A DNA stretch of 64,000 nt from Bdellovibrionales bacterium (GCA_965217115.1 OZ244239.1:1888001-1952000), one strand, 5' to 3'. Shown: positions 10,056 to 20,736, counted from the stretch's first letter. Program-made: numbers and translations. The notes: generated by a model from the letters alone, not told the origin.

Positions 10056-10209
10056 TCTCTGGAAGTTTCCTTGGGGGAACAGATTGAAGTGATAACTATC
10101 TGAAATTACTTTAGAAACTCCTTTTACCTGAGACCCCAAGACCCATTTGATGAAAAATGGTTTTCCATAAAAGATTGGAAAGTGTCGGTAAATAGGCTAC
10201 AAGTTTTTT

Positions 10210-11025
10210 GTGTATTTCAGTTGTAAAATCAGCCATTCTATTTTGACTTACCTAGAGCGTGAAGGAAATGACACAGGTTTTATTTATGACCTGGAGGATC
10301 TTCCCCATGAGTTTCTTAGAGATCCCTCCTATTGGTTAGAAGCTGAGGAGATGGAGATTTTCTTGGAAGAAGTGGTTCGTCATTGTGTTGATAACCGTGA
10401 TGAAAACAGAACTTTGGATAGGGTTATTGAAGATGCTGGGCGATATTGTTATGAGCTGAGTACGTGGGGGGTTTTGAACAGTGTTTTAAAAATCATGGAA
10501 AACCCTAGAGACGTTTGGATGCAGCCAGAGAAATTTTTGTCTTATTTCATAGCACCAGGTCCTCCAGTGAATAATTTTATTTCAACAGAGGAGAGTTTCG
10601 AATTTGATGCTCCCGTGAGTTCAGAGCAATTTCCCTATAGTACAAGTTTTCTTGCCTCAGCGTTTGAATCTTTGCCTTTTTACATATGTAAGGATTCAGT
10701 CTCAGTGAGCTGGCAGGGTTGTCACTTGTTTATACGTTGGCAAGATAATCAGAAAAGTCTTTTTCCAGAAGAGAATTCTGCTCGCAATATGAGCCCTGAG
10801 TTAATGCGTTCTATTGTGGCAGAGTTAGAAGCGGGACAAAAAACTTTAGAAAATCGTAATCGAGAGTTACTTGAGAAAAATCAAGAATTACTAGAAGCTA
10901 AAGAACGGTTGGAGAGAATTATTAAAGGCGATGGGAGCGGTGGAGTGATAAATCAAACAAAAAATAAACGGAGAAGAATGGAAAAAAATGAATCTCAAAA
11001 ATCACAAATCGAGTTACCTATTTAA
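10210..11025 (+). CDS. Hypothetical protein with C-terminal coiled coil
   Basis: 271-aa ORF; heptad-like LENRNRELLEKNQELLEAKERL. Confidence 0.7.
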   Translation: MYFSCKISHSILTYLEREGNDTGFIYDLEDLPHEFLRDPSYWLEAEEMEIFLEEVVRHCVDNRDENRTLDRVIEDAGRYCYELSTWGVLNSVLKIMENPRDVWMQPEKFLSYFIAPGPPVNNFISTEESFEFDAPVSSEQFPYSTSFLASAFESLPFYICKDSVSVSWQGCHLFIRWQDNQKSLFPEENSARNMSPELMRSIVAELEAGQKTLENRNRELLEKNQELLEAKERLERIIKGDGSGGVINQTKNKRRRMEKNESQKSQIELPI

Positions 11026-11085
11026 AATTATCAAAACCTAATAAAGAAAATAAATTTTTAAAATTTGATAAATCAGGAGAAGAAT

Positions 11086-12351
11086 GTGTCAGAAATTATT
11101 GATGTTAGAGGGAGAGAGATTTTAGACAGTCGAGGAAATCCTACGGTAGAGGTGGATGTGTACACGTTGGGTGCAATGGGAAGAGCGGCTGTGCCTTCGG
11201 GAGCTTCGACGGGGGCCCATGAAGCCTGTGAATTGCGTGATGGCGATAGTGATCGCTATTTTGGGAAAGGTGTTGAGAAGGCGATTGATAATGTGAACGG
11301 GCCTATTTTTGATGAACTTATTGGAACCGATGTTACAGATCAGGTTTTGATTGATAAAACTTTAAGAGAGCTTGATGGGACAGAGAATAAATCTAAATTG
11401 GGAGCGAATGCTATTTTAGGTGTGTCATTGGCTTGTTCTAAGGCTGGGGCTTTGGAGTCGGAGTTGCCTTTGTATAAATATGTTGGTGGTGCCCATGCCT
11501 GTTGGTTACCAGTGCCTTTGATGAATGTTTTAAATGGCGGGGTCCATGCGGATAATGGCTTAGATGTGCAGGAGTTTATGATTGCTCCTATCTGCGGGGG
11601 GAGTTTTTCGGAAGCTTTGCGTGCAGGGAGTGAAGTCTTTCACACGTTAAAGAAGGTTTTATCAAAAAAGGGGTTCTCAACGAGTGTTGGAGATGAGGGG
11701 GGCTTTGCTCCAGTGTTAAAAAACAATGGGCACGCCTTGGAACTGTTAACTGAAGCGATTGAAAAAGCAGGTTATCATTTGGGAGAGGATATCTCTATTG
11801 CTCTTGATGTGGCGGCGACAGAGATTTTTAAGGACGGGTCTTATGGTTGGGAAGGAGAGAAAATATCTGGTGAAGAGTTAGCGAGTGTTTACGATGGTTG
11901 GAAGAAAAAATTTCCTCTGGTGAGTATTGAAGATGGTTTTTCAGAGGATGATTGGGAGAGTTGGGTGAACTTCACGCAGAAATCAGGAAGTGATTTACAG
12001 GTGGTGGGCGACGATCTCTTTGTCACAAATCCTAAACGCTTAGAGGTGGGGATTGAAAAAGGAGCTGCCAATGCCTTATTAGTTAAGGTGAACCAAATAG
12101 GCACGTTGACGGAGACTTGGAATGCGGTGAATTTAGCTCAGCGTAATCGTATGCGTACAGTGATGTCCCACAGAAGTGGTGAGACTGAAGATAGTATGAT
12201 TGCGGATCTATCGGTAGGCATGGGTTGTCAGCAGATTAAGACAGGGGGGCTGTGTCGAGGTGAGAGAACGGCGAAGTACAATCAGCTTTTACGTATAGAG
12301 GAAGAATTGGGGGAAGTGGCAAATTTTTGGGGAAAATCAGCGTTTCATTAG
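11086..12351 (+). CDS. eno: Enolase (GTG start inferred at 11086)
   Basis: [47 protein letters not shown]. Confidence 0.98.
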   Translation: MSEIIDVRGREILDSRGNPTVEVDVYTLGAMGRAAVPSGASTGAHEACELRDGDSDRYFGKGVEKAIDNVNGPIFDELIGTDVTDQVLIDKTLRELDGTENKSKLGANAILGVSLACSKAGALESELPLYKYVGGAHACWLPVPLMNVLNGGVHADNGLDVQEFMIAPICGGSFSEALRAGSEVFHTLKKVLSKKGFSTSVGDEGGFAPVLKNNGHALELLTEAIEKAGYHLGEDISIALDVAATEIFKDGSYGWEGEKISGEELASVYDGWKKKFPLVSIEDGFSEDDWESWVNFTQKSGSDLQVVGDDLFVTNPKRLEVGIEKGAANALLVKVNQIGTLTETWNAVNLAQRNRMRTVMSHRSGETEDSMIADLSVGMGCQQIKTGGLCRGERTAKYNQLLRIEEELGEVANFWGKSAFH

Positions 12352-12575
12352 ACGACGCTGAAGAATCACAGGGTAAATCAATAAAAAGCGACGAACTTTT
12401 TGACACTATCACGCCTCTACTAGCCCTTAGTGAAAGGGCTTTCAGCGAGTTTTCCTAGATAGATTACCAGATATTTGAGAGAGGGTATCGAGTTGTCATA
12501 AGATTTTTGTTACAATTATTAATCTACTTTAACTTTAATTTTATGAAACGATTTGATAATGAGAGTCGAGTGAGG

Positions 12576-12872
12576 ATGGACATTTTTTTTATTTTAGATA
12601 TTTTTAATTCACCCAAGAAAGTATTATTGGTGTGTGGTGTTAGTTTATTTATGGCTTTGGCTGCAAATGGCAGTCTGTTTGAGCTGTGGAAACTGCATGG
12701 AGAGAGAGAGAAGATATTCTTAAAAATAGAAAAGGCAAAACGTCAAATACAGGATTTAAGTCAGGAGTTGCGTCTGGCTCAAGATCCAGAGTTTATTAAA
12801 CGGCAGGCTAGAGATCGTTTTAATATGGTGGGAAAGGATGATTTGTTGTTTCTTTTTCCTTCAGAGAGTTAG
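12576..12872 (+). CDS. ftsB: Septum formation initiator, FtsB/DivIC family (start uncertain)
   Basis: TM helix, coiled coil, ARDRFNMV motif; typical position after eno. Confidence 0.75.
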   Translation: MDIFFILDIFNSPKKVLLVCGVSLFMALAANGSLFELWKLHGEREKIFLKIEKAKRQIQDLSQELRLAQDPEFIKRQARDRFNMVGKDDLLFLFPSES

Positions 12873-12922
12873 ATTGGCTTGCACTGGTCAGAGGTGAATT
12901 GTCGATAAGGTCTTATCATCTG

Positions 12923-13018
12923 ACTTATTAGTAATTCATAGGCATTGATTGATACGAATTGATTAATACGCTAATGATTAAAACAGCTAATAAATTGACC
13001 TCAAGATATGAGTTTCAT
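12923..13018 (-). pseudogene. Degenerate 5' fragment of a second copy of the 13719-17171 metalloprotease gene
   Basis: Reverse strand reads ATGAAACTCATATCT(TGA)...TTAGCTGTTTTAATCATTAGCGTA...AATGCCTATGAATTACTAATAAGT, matching MKLIS...LAVLVIGVSVNAYELLTS, with a stop and frameshifts. Confidence 0.75.
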
Positions 13019-13587
13019 TGATTTAAAATACCGTTAATTCTTGATTTAAAATCACTGAGATTACTTGTCGTGTTCAGGCCTTGAGATGGGTTGGGGGAGA
13101 GTTTACTACTTGGGTTTGGGTCATATTCAGCTTCTGAGGTGAGTTTTTCAACTGTTTTACCGCCATTAGCATCGCTCTTAACTAAATAATGCCCCTGATG
13201 CCAGCCGTACAACGGATTAACTAATCTGCGAGTCGTGCTCTCAACAAAATAAACCCCTTCCTCGCCTACTTCGGGCATTTTTAAATCAGAGACTACCATA
13301 GTCCTGTCGTTAATCTTGCCGCCAGAAAAGCCTAACTCTATTGTTTTTGAGGCATACCTGCCTTTTATTAAATCGGTTATGTTAAAAGTGATAAAAGTCA
13401 TCGGTCGCCCATTCGGCAAACTGCGAACGCTCTTAGAGATAGCCTGACCTTGAAAGATAATTTCAGAGGCGTTAACCACAACATCAAAATCCACCTTGAG
13501 AATTGTGCTGGCGACAGATTGCGCACTCACTGCAAGCATTAAGACTGCAAAGGTGAGTTTCATTCTATTCGTACTGGCGTTCTTCAT
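13015..13587 (-). CDS. Secreted hypothetical protein, putative protease partner (start inferred at 13587)
   Basis: Signal peptide MKLTFAVLMLAVSAQSVA; AAGAGGAAG RBS; its stop overlaps the ATG of the downstream relic. Confidence 0.75.
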   Translation of the reverse strand: MKNASTNRMKLTFAVLMLAVSAQSVASTILKVDFDVVVNASEIIFQGQAISKSVRSLPNGRPMTFITFNITDLIKGRYASKTIELGFSGGKINDRTMVVSDLKMPEVGEEGVYFVESTTRRLVNPLYGWHQGHYLVKSDANGGKTVEKLTSEAEYDPNPSSKLSPNPSQGLNTTSNLSDFKSRINGILNQ

Positions 13588-13630
13588 CTTACTCTTCCTC
13601 TTGTTTAATCTTACTTTTCGGTTTAAAAAC

Positions 13631-13658
13631 TTATCGGAATTTTTAACTAAGATGTTTA
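13631..13658 (-). promoter_or_regulatory. Putative sigma28 promoter
   Basis: TAAA-N16-TCCGATAA on the minus strand. Confidence 0.55.
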
Positions 13659-13718
13659 GCAATGTGCAAACAAGGGCAAACAAGGGCAAACAACGGCAAA
13701 TAAGAAAGTAATATTTTT

Positions 13719-16700
13719 TTATCTATATGCATCTAAATAAGTTTTCAGCTCTTTGGTTGTCTTTCTGCCGTCAATCGCACCAGGAGAGATAGTAGTATGT
13801 AAATTGTTAGCATTAGAGTTCAATAAATATTTAAAGATAATCAATCCATCATTAGGGGCAGAGAGAACTCCATCGCCATCAACATCTAAAATATCTATTG
13901 CAGCATCTAAATAAGCTTTCAATTCTTCGCTTGTCTTTCTGTCGTCAGCCGCATCAGCCCTGATAGTAGTATGTAAATTGTTAGCATTAGGATTCGATAA
14001 ATATTTAAAGATAATCAATCCATCATTAGAGGCAGTGAGAACTCCATTGCCATCAACATCTAAGGAAAAAGTTGGAGCAAATGGTGTAGTGATGTCATTA
14101 AACTGATAACCAGAGTCTGTTGGTGCACCACTGCCGCCATGACTAGAACCACCCCAAGCAGTGATTGAGCCATCAGCTTTTAGAGCGGCAAAGGCAGAGA
14201 CAGTTGAATAAATTTCTACATAATCAGAGTCTGTTGGTGCACCACTGCCGCCATGATCAGAGCCACCCCAAGCAGTGATTGAGCCGTCAGTTTTTAGAGC
14301 GGCAAAGGCAGAGGCCGTTGAATAAACCTTTACATAACCAGAGTCTGTTGGTGAACCACTGCCACCATGACCAGAGCCACCCCAAGCATTGATTGAGCCA
14401 TCAGCTTTTAGAGCGGCAAAGGCAGAGGCCGTTGAATAAACCTTTACATAACCAGAGTCTGTTGGCGCACCACTGCCGCCATGATCAGAGCCACCCCAAG
14501 CGGTGATTGAACCATCAGCTTTTAGAGCGGCAAAGGCAGAGGCCGTTGAATGAACCTTTACATAACCAGTGCCTGTTGGTGCGCCACTGCCGCCATGATC
14601 AGAGCCACCCCAAGCAGTGATTGAGCCATCAGCTTTTAGAGCGGCAAAGGCGTTTTCAGTTGAATAAATATTTATATAACCAGAGTCTACCGGAGCACCA
14701 GTGTCGCCCCCGCCCCAAGCAGTGATTGAACCATCAGCTTTTAGAGCTGCAAAGGCTTTGGCAATTGAATAAATTTTTACATAACCAGAGTCTGTTGGTG
14801 CCTCAGTGCCACTAGCAAAAGATCCGCCCCAAGCAGTGATTGAGCCATCAGCTTTTAAAGCGGCAAAGGCAACATCGTTTGAATAAATTTTTACATAACC
14901 AGAGTCTGTTGGTGCACCACTGCCACCATAATCAGTTTCACCCCAAACAGTGATTGAACCATCAGCTTTTAGAGCTGCAAAGGCTTGGACAGTTGAATAA
15001 ATATTTGCATAACCAGAGTCTGTTGGTGCATTGACACTAGAGTCACCCCAAGCAGTGATTGAGCCATCAGCTTTTAGAGCGGCAAAGGCAGAGGAAGAGG
15101 GATGAACCTTTACATAACCAGAGTCTGTTGGCGCATCATCACTAAATTCACCCCAAGCAGTGATTGAGCCATCAGCTTTTAAGGCAGCAAAGGCAGAACT
15201 AGCAGTATTTGGTGCATTAAAAACACCTCCGTATTGGTTATAGATGGTAGAATAATCAATATAAGAATTAGGACTGTCATTGCTATTGTTTAAATTAGTA
15301 CCAGCATTATATTCTTCTAAATTACTAAAGCCATCACCATCTGAATCGCCATTAGCATCAGAGGCATCTAGCGAGTTTAAACCATTATTTGCTTCAAAAC
15401 TATCAGGAATGCCATCGTTATCATCATCAATATCAATAGCATCAGGTGTGCCGTCGGTGTCGGTATCGATCTCGATAAAATGAGCATCGCAAGATTTATC
15501 ACTGTCCATCACAATAGTTAGTGGGTTATCTGAACTTGATGAACAATCACTCCAATGGGTAAAGGTATAACCATCATTTGCGTTGGCGGTGAGTTGGATC
15601 TGGGTGTTTTCATTATAAGATTGGCTACAATCAGTGCCACAGTCGATGCCAGTAGCTGTAACAATGCCATCGCTTGCTGAGGTGCTTAGAGTCCATTTAG
15701 TGACAGCGACTCTGTGGACTGCTGCTGAAGCTTCAGAACAAGTGCTGATATCATTATTGATACAAGCTTTTAGGGTGTAAGAATAGTTAGTACCGCTACT
15801 CAATCCAGTATGACTATAACTTAGGTTACTGCCCCCATAAATCTGTATGCCATCATTATATAAGAGATAATAAGTTGCGACACTAACGCTTGGCCATGAA
15901 AGGTTGATTTGGTTAGCACTTTGGACTGTGGCACTGGGGGCAGCTGGAGCTACAAGAGCACGATACCCTGAATCAGAATAACTATAATCACCACAGCGGT
16001 CAGTGCCACTTGAGTTTTCGCAAGCCTTTACTTTGTATGAATAAATTATACCTTCTGCTGCTGAGCTGTCATCATAAGGTGAAGATGAAGTGCTTGCAAT
16101 TTGTGAGTAAACCCCTTCTGAACCATTGGAACGATAAACTGTATAACTTGAAGCATTGCTAACATCACTCCAAGAGACTTCCACATAGGAGGTATAGCTG
16201 CCATCTGAGGCACTAACCCCAGATGGAGCTGGGATTGTATTAGTAATATCAGCCCTAAGGGTGTAATCGCCCGTTGTGGAGAGAAAATATCCTTTAACGC
16301 GAATATAATAAGTGCCAGCGCTAAGAGTTTGTCTAATGTTAAAATTTCCATTTATTGTAGATATATTATTATGTTCGGCAATAACATTACCAGAACTGTC
16401 TAATAAATAACCATAGGTGTTTGTAATACCTGTGCTATAAATATCCAAATCACCGCCGCCGACAGGCACGTGAATACTAAAATAATCATCATCACCGTCA
16501 CCTCTAATATTACCACTGACATCGGTATTAAAACTAATAGCAGTGGCAGTGCTGGTGTCGTCTCCATGATCGTCTGTTGAGTTATCAAGACCATATATTG
16601 CCCTAATTGCATTTATATCATCTGTTTGCAGTGTTTTTACACTGTTACTATATGTCGGGTTCATTATTGCAGAATTAGTCTCTTCATGGCCTATCCCAAG

Positions 16701-17171
16701 GGTGTGGCCGACTTCGTGCAAGGCAACGCGTTTAAAATCAATTGGAGAGTTGGTGCTATTGTCGTGAATGCCCCATGTTCGTGATGAATTAAAAACAATA
16801 TAAGCTGAAGCTTTGGTAGTGCCAGCACTCCAACCACTGGCTATTGCAAGTGTAGTATCGCCAAAATCTGTACCGCATATGTCACTGCTAAACCTGACAC
16901 TACTGTATAGATCAAGTATATTAATTCCACAGGGGTCTTTATATGCTGAAATAGGGTTATATTGAAAGTTAGAATTATCACCCCAAGAAGTCATTGCATT
17001 ATTTAGGGCTGATTGGTAATCAGCAGCACTGATATTATCCTCGCTGCCACCAAATCCTATATAAAATTCGACATCATTGCTTGTCCAACTACTTGTTAGC
17101 AACTCATAAGCATTGACTGATACGCCAATGACTAAGACAGCTAAGAAACTTATCTTAGAGATGAGTTTCAT
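13719..17171 (-). CDS. Secreted multidomain matrixin (M10-like) metalloprotease with PPC, FN3, Asp-rich Ca-binding, RCC1-like repeat and duplicated C-terminal EF-hand/dockerin-like domains
   Basis: Signal peptide; HEVGHTLGIGH plus Met-turn AIMNP; DDHGD/GTYYIRV; DTDTDGTPD..DDDNDG; 10 AFAALKADGSITAWG repeats; 2x LDVDGxGVL...NDGLIIFKYL. Confidence 0.88.
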   Translation of the reverse strand: MKLISKISFLAVLVIGVSVNAYELLTSSWTSNDVEFYIGFGGSEDNISAADYQSALNNAMTSWGDNSNFQYNPISAYKDPCGINILDLYSSVRFSSDICGTDFGDTTLAIASGWSAGTTKASAYIVFNSSRTWGIHDNSTNSPIDFKRVALHEVGHTLGIGHEETNSAIMNPTYSNSVKTLQTDDINAIRAIYGLDNSTDDHGDDTSTATAISFNTDVSGNIRGDGDDDYFSIHVPVGGGDLDIYSTGITNTYGYLLDSSGNVIAEHNNISTINGNFNIRQTLSAGTYYIRVKGYFLSTTGDYTLRADITNTIPAPSGVSASDGSYTSYVEVSWSDVSNASSYTVYRSNGSEGVYSQIASTSSSPYDDSSAAEGIIYSYKVKACENSSGTDRCGDYSYSDSGYRALVAPAAPSATVQSANQINLSWPSVSVATYYLLYNDGIQIYGGSNLSYSHTGLSSGTNYSYTLKACINNDISTCSEASAAVHRVAVTKWTLSTSASDGIVTATGIDCGTDCSQSYNENTQIQLTANANDGYTFTHWSDCSSSSDNPLTIVMDSDKSCDAHFIEIDTDTDGTPDAIDIDDDNDGIPDSFEANNGLNSLDASDANGDSDGDGFSNLEEYNAGTNLNNSNDSPNSYIDYSTIYNQYGGVFNAPNTASSAFAALKADGSITAWGEFSDDAPTDSGYVKVHPSSSAFAALKADGSITAWGDSSVNAPTDSGYANIYSTVQAFAALKADGSITVWGETDYGGSGAPTDSGYVKIYSNDVAFAALKADGSITAWGGSFASGTEAPTDSGYVKIYSIAKAFAALKADGSITAWGGGDTGAPVDSGYINIYSTENAFAALKADGSITAWGGSDHGGSGAPTGTGYVKVHSTASAFAALKADGSITAWGGSDHGGSGAPTDSGYVKVYSTASAFAALKADGSINAWGGSGHGGSGSPTDSGYVKVYSTASAFAALKTDGSITAWGGSDHGGSGAPTDSDYVEIYSTVSAFAALKADGSITAWGGSSHGGSGAPTDSGYQFNDITTPFAPTFSLDVDGNGVLTASNDGLIIFKYLSNPNANNLHTTIRADAADDRKTSEELKAYLDAAIDILDVDGDGVLSAPNDGLIIFKYLLNSNANNLHTTISPGAIDGRKTTKELKTYLDAYR
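14105..15205 (-). repeat. Ten intragenic 35-38 aa RCC1-like repeats
   Basis: Recurrent ccccaagcagtgattgagccatcagcttttagagcggcaaaggc. Confidence 0.95.
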
Positions 17172-17338
17172 TGATCACCCCAAGCAGTGATTGAGCCGCC
17201 GGCTTTAAATATAGGCGAAAGCGTCACTGGCAGTCTTCTGCTGCTTCTTCTTCTGCTTTTTCTTCTTAGAGCATACGCCATAGCCATGCTAGACATAAAC
17301 AGAGTCGACACTACAGAGAGATTTGATACTTTCTTCAC
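17168..17338 (-). pseudogene. 56-codon relic ORF: signal-peptide-like start joined to one RCC1-like repeat fragment
   Basis: GTG start with AAGGAAG RBS; MKKVSNLSVVSTLFMSSMAMA...FKAGGSITAWGDQ*; stop overlaps the protease ATG. Confidence 0.55.
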
Positions 17339-17528
17339 CGTATTCTTCCTTTTATTTAGTCACAACTATTCATAAGCATGGATGACTGTCTTTTTCAGGT
17401 AGACTCTCCACGCAAAATAAAATTTATTTACACCGTAAGACTCTTGAGGTTTTTGAAATACTGAGATGTTTTGAAACAAAGAAGTGACTACTAGTTAAAC
17501 ACTCGCTCTTACTTTTTAGATTAAAAAC

Positions 17529-17556
17529 TCATCGGACTTTTCAAGTAAAAGATTTA
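17529..17556 (-). promoter_or_regulatory. Putative sigma28 promoter, paralogous to 13631-13658
   Basis: TAAA-N16-TCCGATGA; flanking sequence resembles 13609-13660. Confidence 0.5.
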
Positions 17557-17732
17557 ACGGTTTTTTTTTAACAGGCTCTCTTCCAGCTCCTCCGATAAAA
17601 GATGCCTTGAAAATAACTGACCCCCGTGATCACAAAGAACTATAAAGACGGGCAATGAGTTAAAAAATAGTTACACCAAAGCGCCCTTGAATCGACTGTG
17701 AGCGGATTTTTATTTAAGCCCTTGTGAATATC

Positions 17733-17816
17733 TGTCTCATCCATTGTCTCATCCATTGTCTCATCTATTGTCTCATTCATTGTCTCATCTATTGTCTCAT
17801 TCATTGTCTCATTCAT
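17733..17816. repeat. 12-bp tandem repeat x7 (TGTCTCATYYAT)
   Basis: Direct reading upstream of polA. Confidence 0.9.
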
Positions 17817-18021
17817 AGACATGTGTTCACAAGGAAGGCTGGCACAAGGCCATAAATAAGTCTTATACTATAATCTAATTTGTCTGTAGATGGGTTTAAA
17901 ATTTGTCATGGCCCTGTAGCTGTGGTCTACAAAAAACATGGCAGAGTTCACTGGTCATGGGCCTAAATCAAGTACATGTATCACTTGCTTTGGACTGCTT
18001 AGGAAGTGTATATCCATATGT

Positions 18022-20589
18022 ATGAAAAAAAAATTATTCATTGTTGATGTGAGTTCCTGGTTTTTCCGTGCGTTTTATGCCGTTCGCCCTCTGTCGACAG
18101 CCAGTGGTTTGCCGACAAACGCTGTCTATGGTTATTTGCAAATGGTGTCAAAGCTGATTAAAGAAAAAAATCCAGAGTACATTGCTTTTTGCTATGATCG
18201 CAAAGAGCCCTCTTTTCGTAGGGACATAGACCCTAATTACAAGGCAAATCGGGGTGAGATGCCTGAAGAGCTGGTTCCACAAATGCCCTACATAAAAAAA
18301 GTGGCTCCGCTCATGGGAATTGCGTCCTTTGAAAAAAAAGGTTTTGAGGCGGATGACTTGATAGGCACCCTTTGCCATAGAGCTGAGCAGTGGGGGCTAG
18401 ATGTGGTCATTGCAAGCGGCGACAAGGACTTTGGGCAGTTGATTAATAAAAGTGTAACCATGCTCGATACGATGAAGGGTATTTGTTACGATGAAAAAGG
18501 TGTGCTGGAGAAGTGGGGCATTAGACCTGAACAGTTCATCGATTACTTGGCTCTTGTTGGAGATGCTTCAGATAATATTCCTGGGGTTAGGGGAGTTGGC
18601 CCTAAAGGGGCACAGAAACTAATTGTCGAGTATGAAACACTAGATGGTATCTATAAAAATTTAGATAAAATCAAAAGCCAGAGTGTTAGAGATAAATTGA
18701 GCGAAAACAAAGAGAATGCTTATCTCTCGAAGAAATTAGTGACGATTGTGACAGATATTGAATTGAATGTGGAGCTTGATGATTTAAAGAAGCAACCATT
18801 GGATGAGGATGGGTTGCGCTCTTTTCTAAAAGAGTTGGAATTTGAGAAGTTAGAAAAAAATCTTTTAAATCAGAAGAGTGCTGTCAAAGGGGAGAGTAAA
18901 AAAACTAAGGAGACAGCAGTCGTTAATAAACCCCAAGATAAGATTTCATTGATTGAGAGAAAGGTTAATTTGAAGGAGTTAGAGCGCTTAATTGACGCAA
19001 GAGGTGAGTATTGGGTTTTTAATCAAGAAGAAGATTTTGTCGTCGCTTCTGATAAAGAGGTGTTTTTAATAGAAGAGAACTCTACAGAAGTGAAAGGGTT
19101 TTTATCTACACAGAGCTTTGGCTGGAAGGGTTTTGGTTTAAAAGAATTGTGGACTCGATTGGAAATTAAAAAACCAGTGGCAGCTTGGGACAGTCAAGTG
19201 GCGGCCTATGTTGTGAGAGCTGGAAACGTCGGTGATTTTGCTAAAGTTTTTGAGCAGTACACAGGAGGTATCTTGCCAGACGAACAATCAGAGCAAGAAA
19301 TTGGGGGGAGTTCATTAGTGAATCAAGTGAAGAATCATATTCTTCTACAAAATTGTTTACGTGCAGAATTAAAAAAAGTGGGAGGAGATGAAATATTTCA
19401 GGATATGGAGATGCCTTTGATAGAAATCCTCTACCGTATGGAGCGAGCAGGGGTGTCTCTAGATGTGAAAGATTTGAAGGTTTTTAGTGAAGAGTTGGGA
19501 CAGGAGATCGCACGGTCTCAAAAAAAAATATGGGATATTGCGGGAGAAGAGTTTAATGTGGCAAGCCCTAAACAGTTGGCCGTGGTGTTGTTTGACAAAT
19601 TGGGTTTACCACCGAGTAAAAAAACTAAAACAGGGTATTCAACAAAGACGGAAGTTTTAAATAAATTAGCAAAAGAGCATCCCATCTGCGAAAAAGTTTT
19701 GAGCTTTAGGGAAAACTCAAAACTAAAATCTACTTACGTCGATGCTCTCCCTCAATTGGTGGATGGGAAGACGTTAAGATTACACACGACTTATAATCAG
19801 GCTTTGACGACGACGGGTCGTCTATCGAGCCACAACCCCAATTTGCAGAATATCCCCATCCGAACATCGAAGGGGCATCGAGTGCGTCGATCTTTTGTTG
19901 CGGGGAAGGGTCAGCAATTACTTTCAGTGGATTATAGTCAAATTGAGCTGAGAATTTTAGCCCATATAACGGGTGATAAGGGTTTGATTCAGGCTTTTGA
20001 AAATGACTTGGATATTCATGCGGCAACGGCCAGTGAGGTTTTTTCAGTCTCTCTTGATGGGGTGACACCTGATTTGCGACGTAAGGCCAAAGCCATTAAT
20101 TTTGGTATTGCCTATGGGCAGGGAGCTTTTGGCTTGGCGGAGACCCTGGGGGTTTCCCGTGGGGAGTCTAAAGAAATTATTACGAATTATTTTGAGAAAT
20201 TTTCGGGTGTGTCGACTTACATGACTGATATTGTGGAATCAGCTAAAGAGAGGGGTTTTGTAGAAACCTTGTTGGGTCGTCGTCGTTACATTGATGAGTT
20301 AAAATCCAGTAATGGCATGATCCGTAAGTTTGGTGAGAGGGCGGCAATCAATGCGCCTATCCAGGGAACAGCCAGTGATATTATAAAAAAAGCAATGGTG
20401 GAGTTGTCTGACAAGATTTGTTCTAAAATGATTTTGCAGGTTCATGATGAATTGATTTTTGAAGGTTCGAAGGATGAGCTAAAAAAAGATATTCCTATTA
20501 TTAAAGAGATCATGAGCGGGGCTGTTGATTTGAAGGTTCCTTTGAAGGTTAATGTGGGGGTGGGGGGGGATTGGGCCCAAACCCATTAG
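18022..20589 (+). CDS. polA: DNA polymerase I (start inferred at 18022)
   Basis: 5'-3' exo FRAFYA, EADDLIGTL, GDASDNIPGV; polymerase TGRLSS..PNLQNIP, DYSQIELR, KAINFGIAYG, QVHDEL. Confidence 0.97.
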   Translation: MKKKLFIVDVSSWFFRAFYAVRPLSTASGLPTNAVYGYLQMVSKLIKEKNPEYIAFCYDRKEPSFRRDIDPNYKANRGEMPEELVPQMPYIKKVAPLMGIASFEKKGFEADDLIGTLCHRAEQWGLDVVIASGDKDFGQLINKSVTMLDTMKGICYDEKGVLEKWGIRPEQFIDYLALVGDASDNIPGVRGVGPKGAQKLIVEYETLDGIYKNLDKIKSQSVRDKLSENKENAYLSKKLVTIVTDIELNVELDDLKKQPLDEDGLRSFLKELEFEKLEKNLLNQKSAVKGESKKTKETAVVNKPQDKISLIERKVNLKELERLIDARGEYWVFNQEEDFVVASDKEVFLIEENSTEVKGFLSTQSFGWKGFGLKELWTRLEIKKPVAAWDSQVAAYVVRAGNVGDFAKVFEQYTGGILPDEQSEQEIGGSSLVNQVKNHILLQNCLRAELKKVGGDEIFQDMEMPLIEILYRMERAGVSLDVKDLKVFSEELGQEIARSQKKIWDIAGEEFNVASPKQLAVVLFDKLGLPPSKKTKTGYSTKTEVLNKLAKEHPICEKVLSFRENSKLKSTYVDALPQLVDGKTLRLHTTYNQALTTTGRLSSHNPNLQNIPIRTSKGHRVRRSFVAGKGQQLLSVDYSQIELRILAHITGDKGLIQAFENDLDIHAATASEVFSVSLDGVTPDLRRKAKAINFGIAYGQGAFGLAETLGVSRGESKEIITNYFEKFSGVSTYMTDIVESAKERGFVETLLGRRRYIDELKSSNGMIRKFGERAAINAPIQGTASDIIKKAMVELSDKICSKMILQVHDELIFEGSKDELKKDIPIIKEIMSGAVDLKVPLKVNVGVGGDWAQTH

Positions 20590-20600
20590 CTTGATTTTCG

Positions 20601-20736
20601 CGAGTAAGAACTTCTTAGGAAGGTCTTCACCGTAAAGCTCAGACATGCGGTTGGCAGCACGGCTCACTGAAAAGTGAGCAGCGCACCAATCCGAACTCGC
20701 TTTACGGTAAAGACCTTCCTAAGAAGTTCTTACTCG
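20601..20736. repeat. Conserved-core hairpin element, copy A (family 1)
   Basis: 36-nt arms with one mismatch around GCTCAGACA...GCACCAATCCGAACTCGC; inner hairpin gctcact-gaaa-agtgagc. Confidence 0.92.

Noticed and set aside
14105..15205. Diversity-generating retroelement TR/VR pair
   Set aside because: All repeats are in-frame coding units, differences are not visibly adenine-specific, and no reverse transcriptase is present
17640..17822. 60-aa ORF with METIDET repeats
   Set aside because: By-product of the 12-bp tandem repeat
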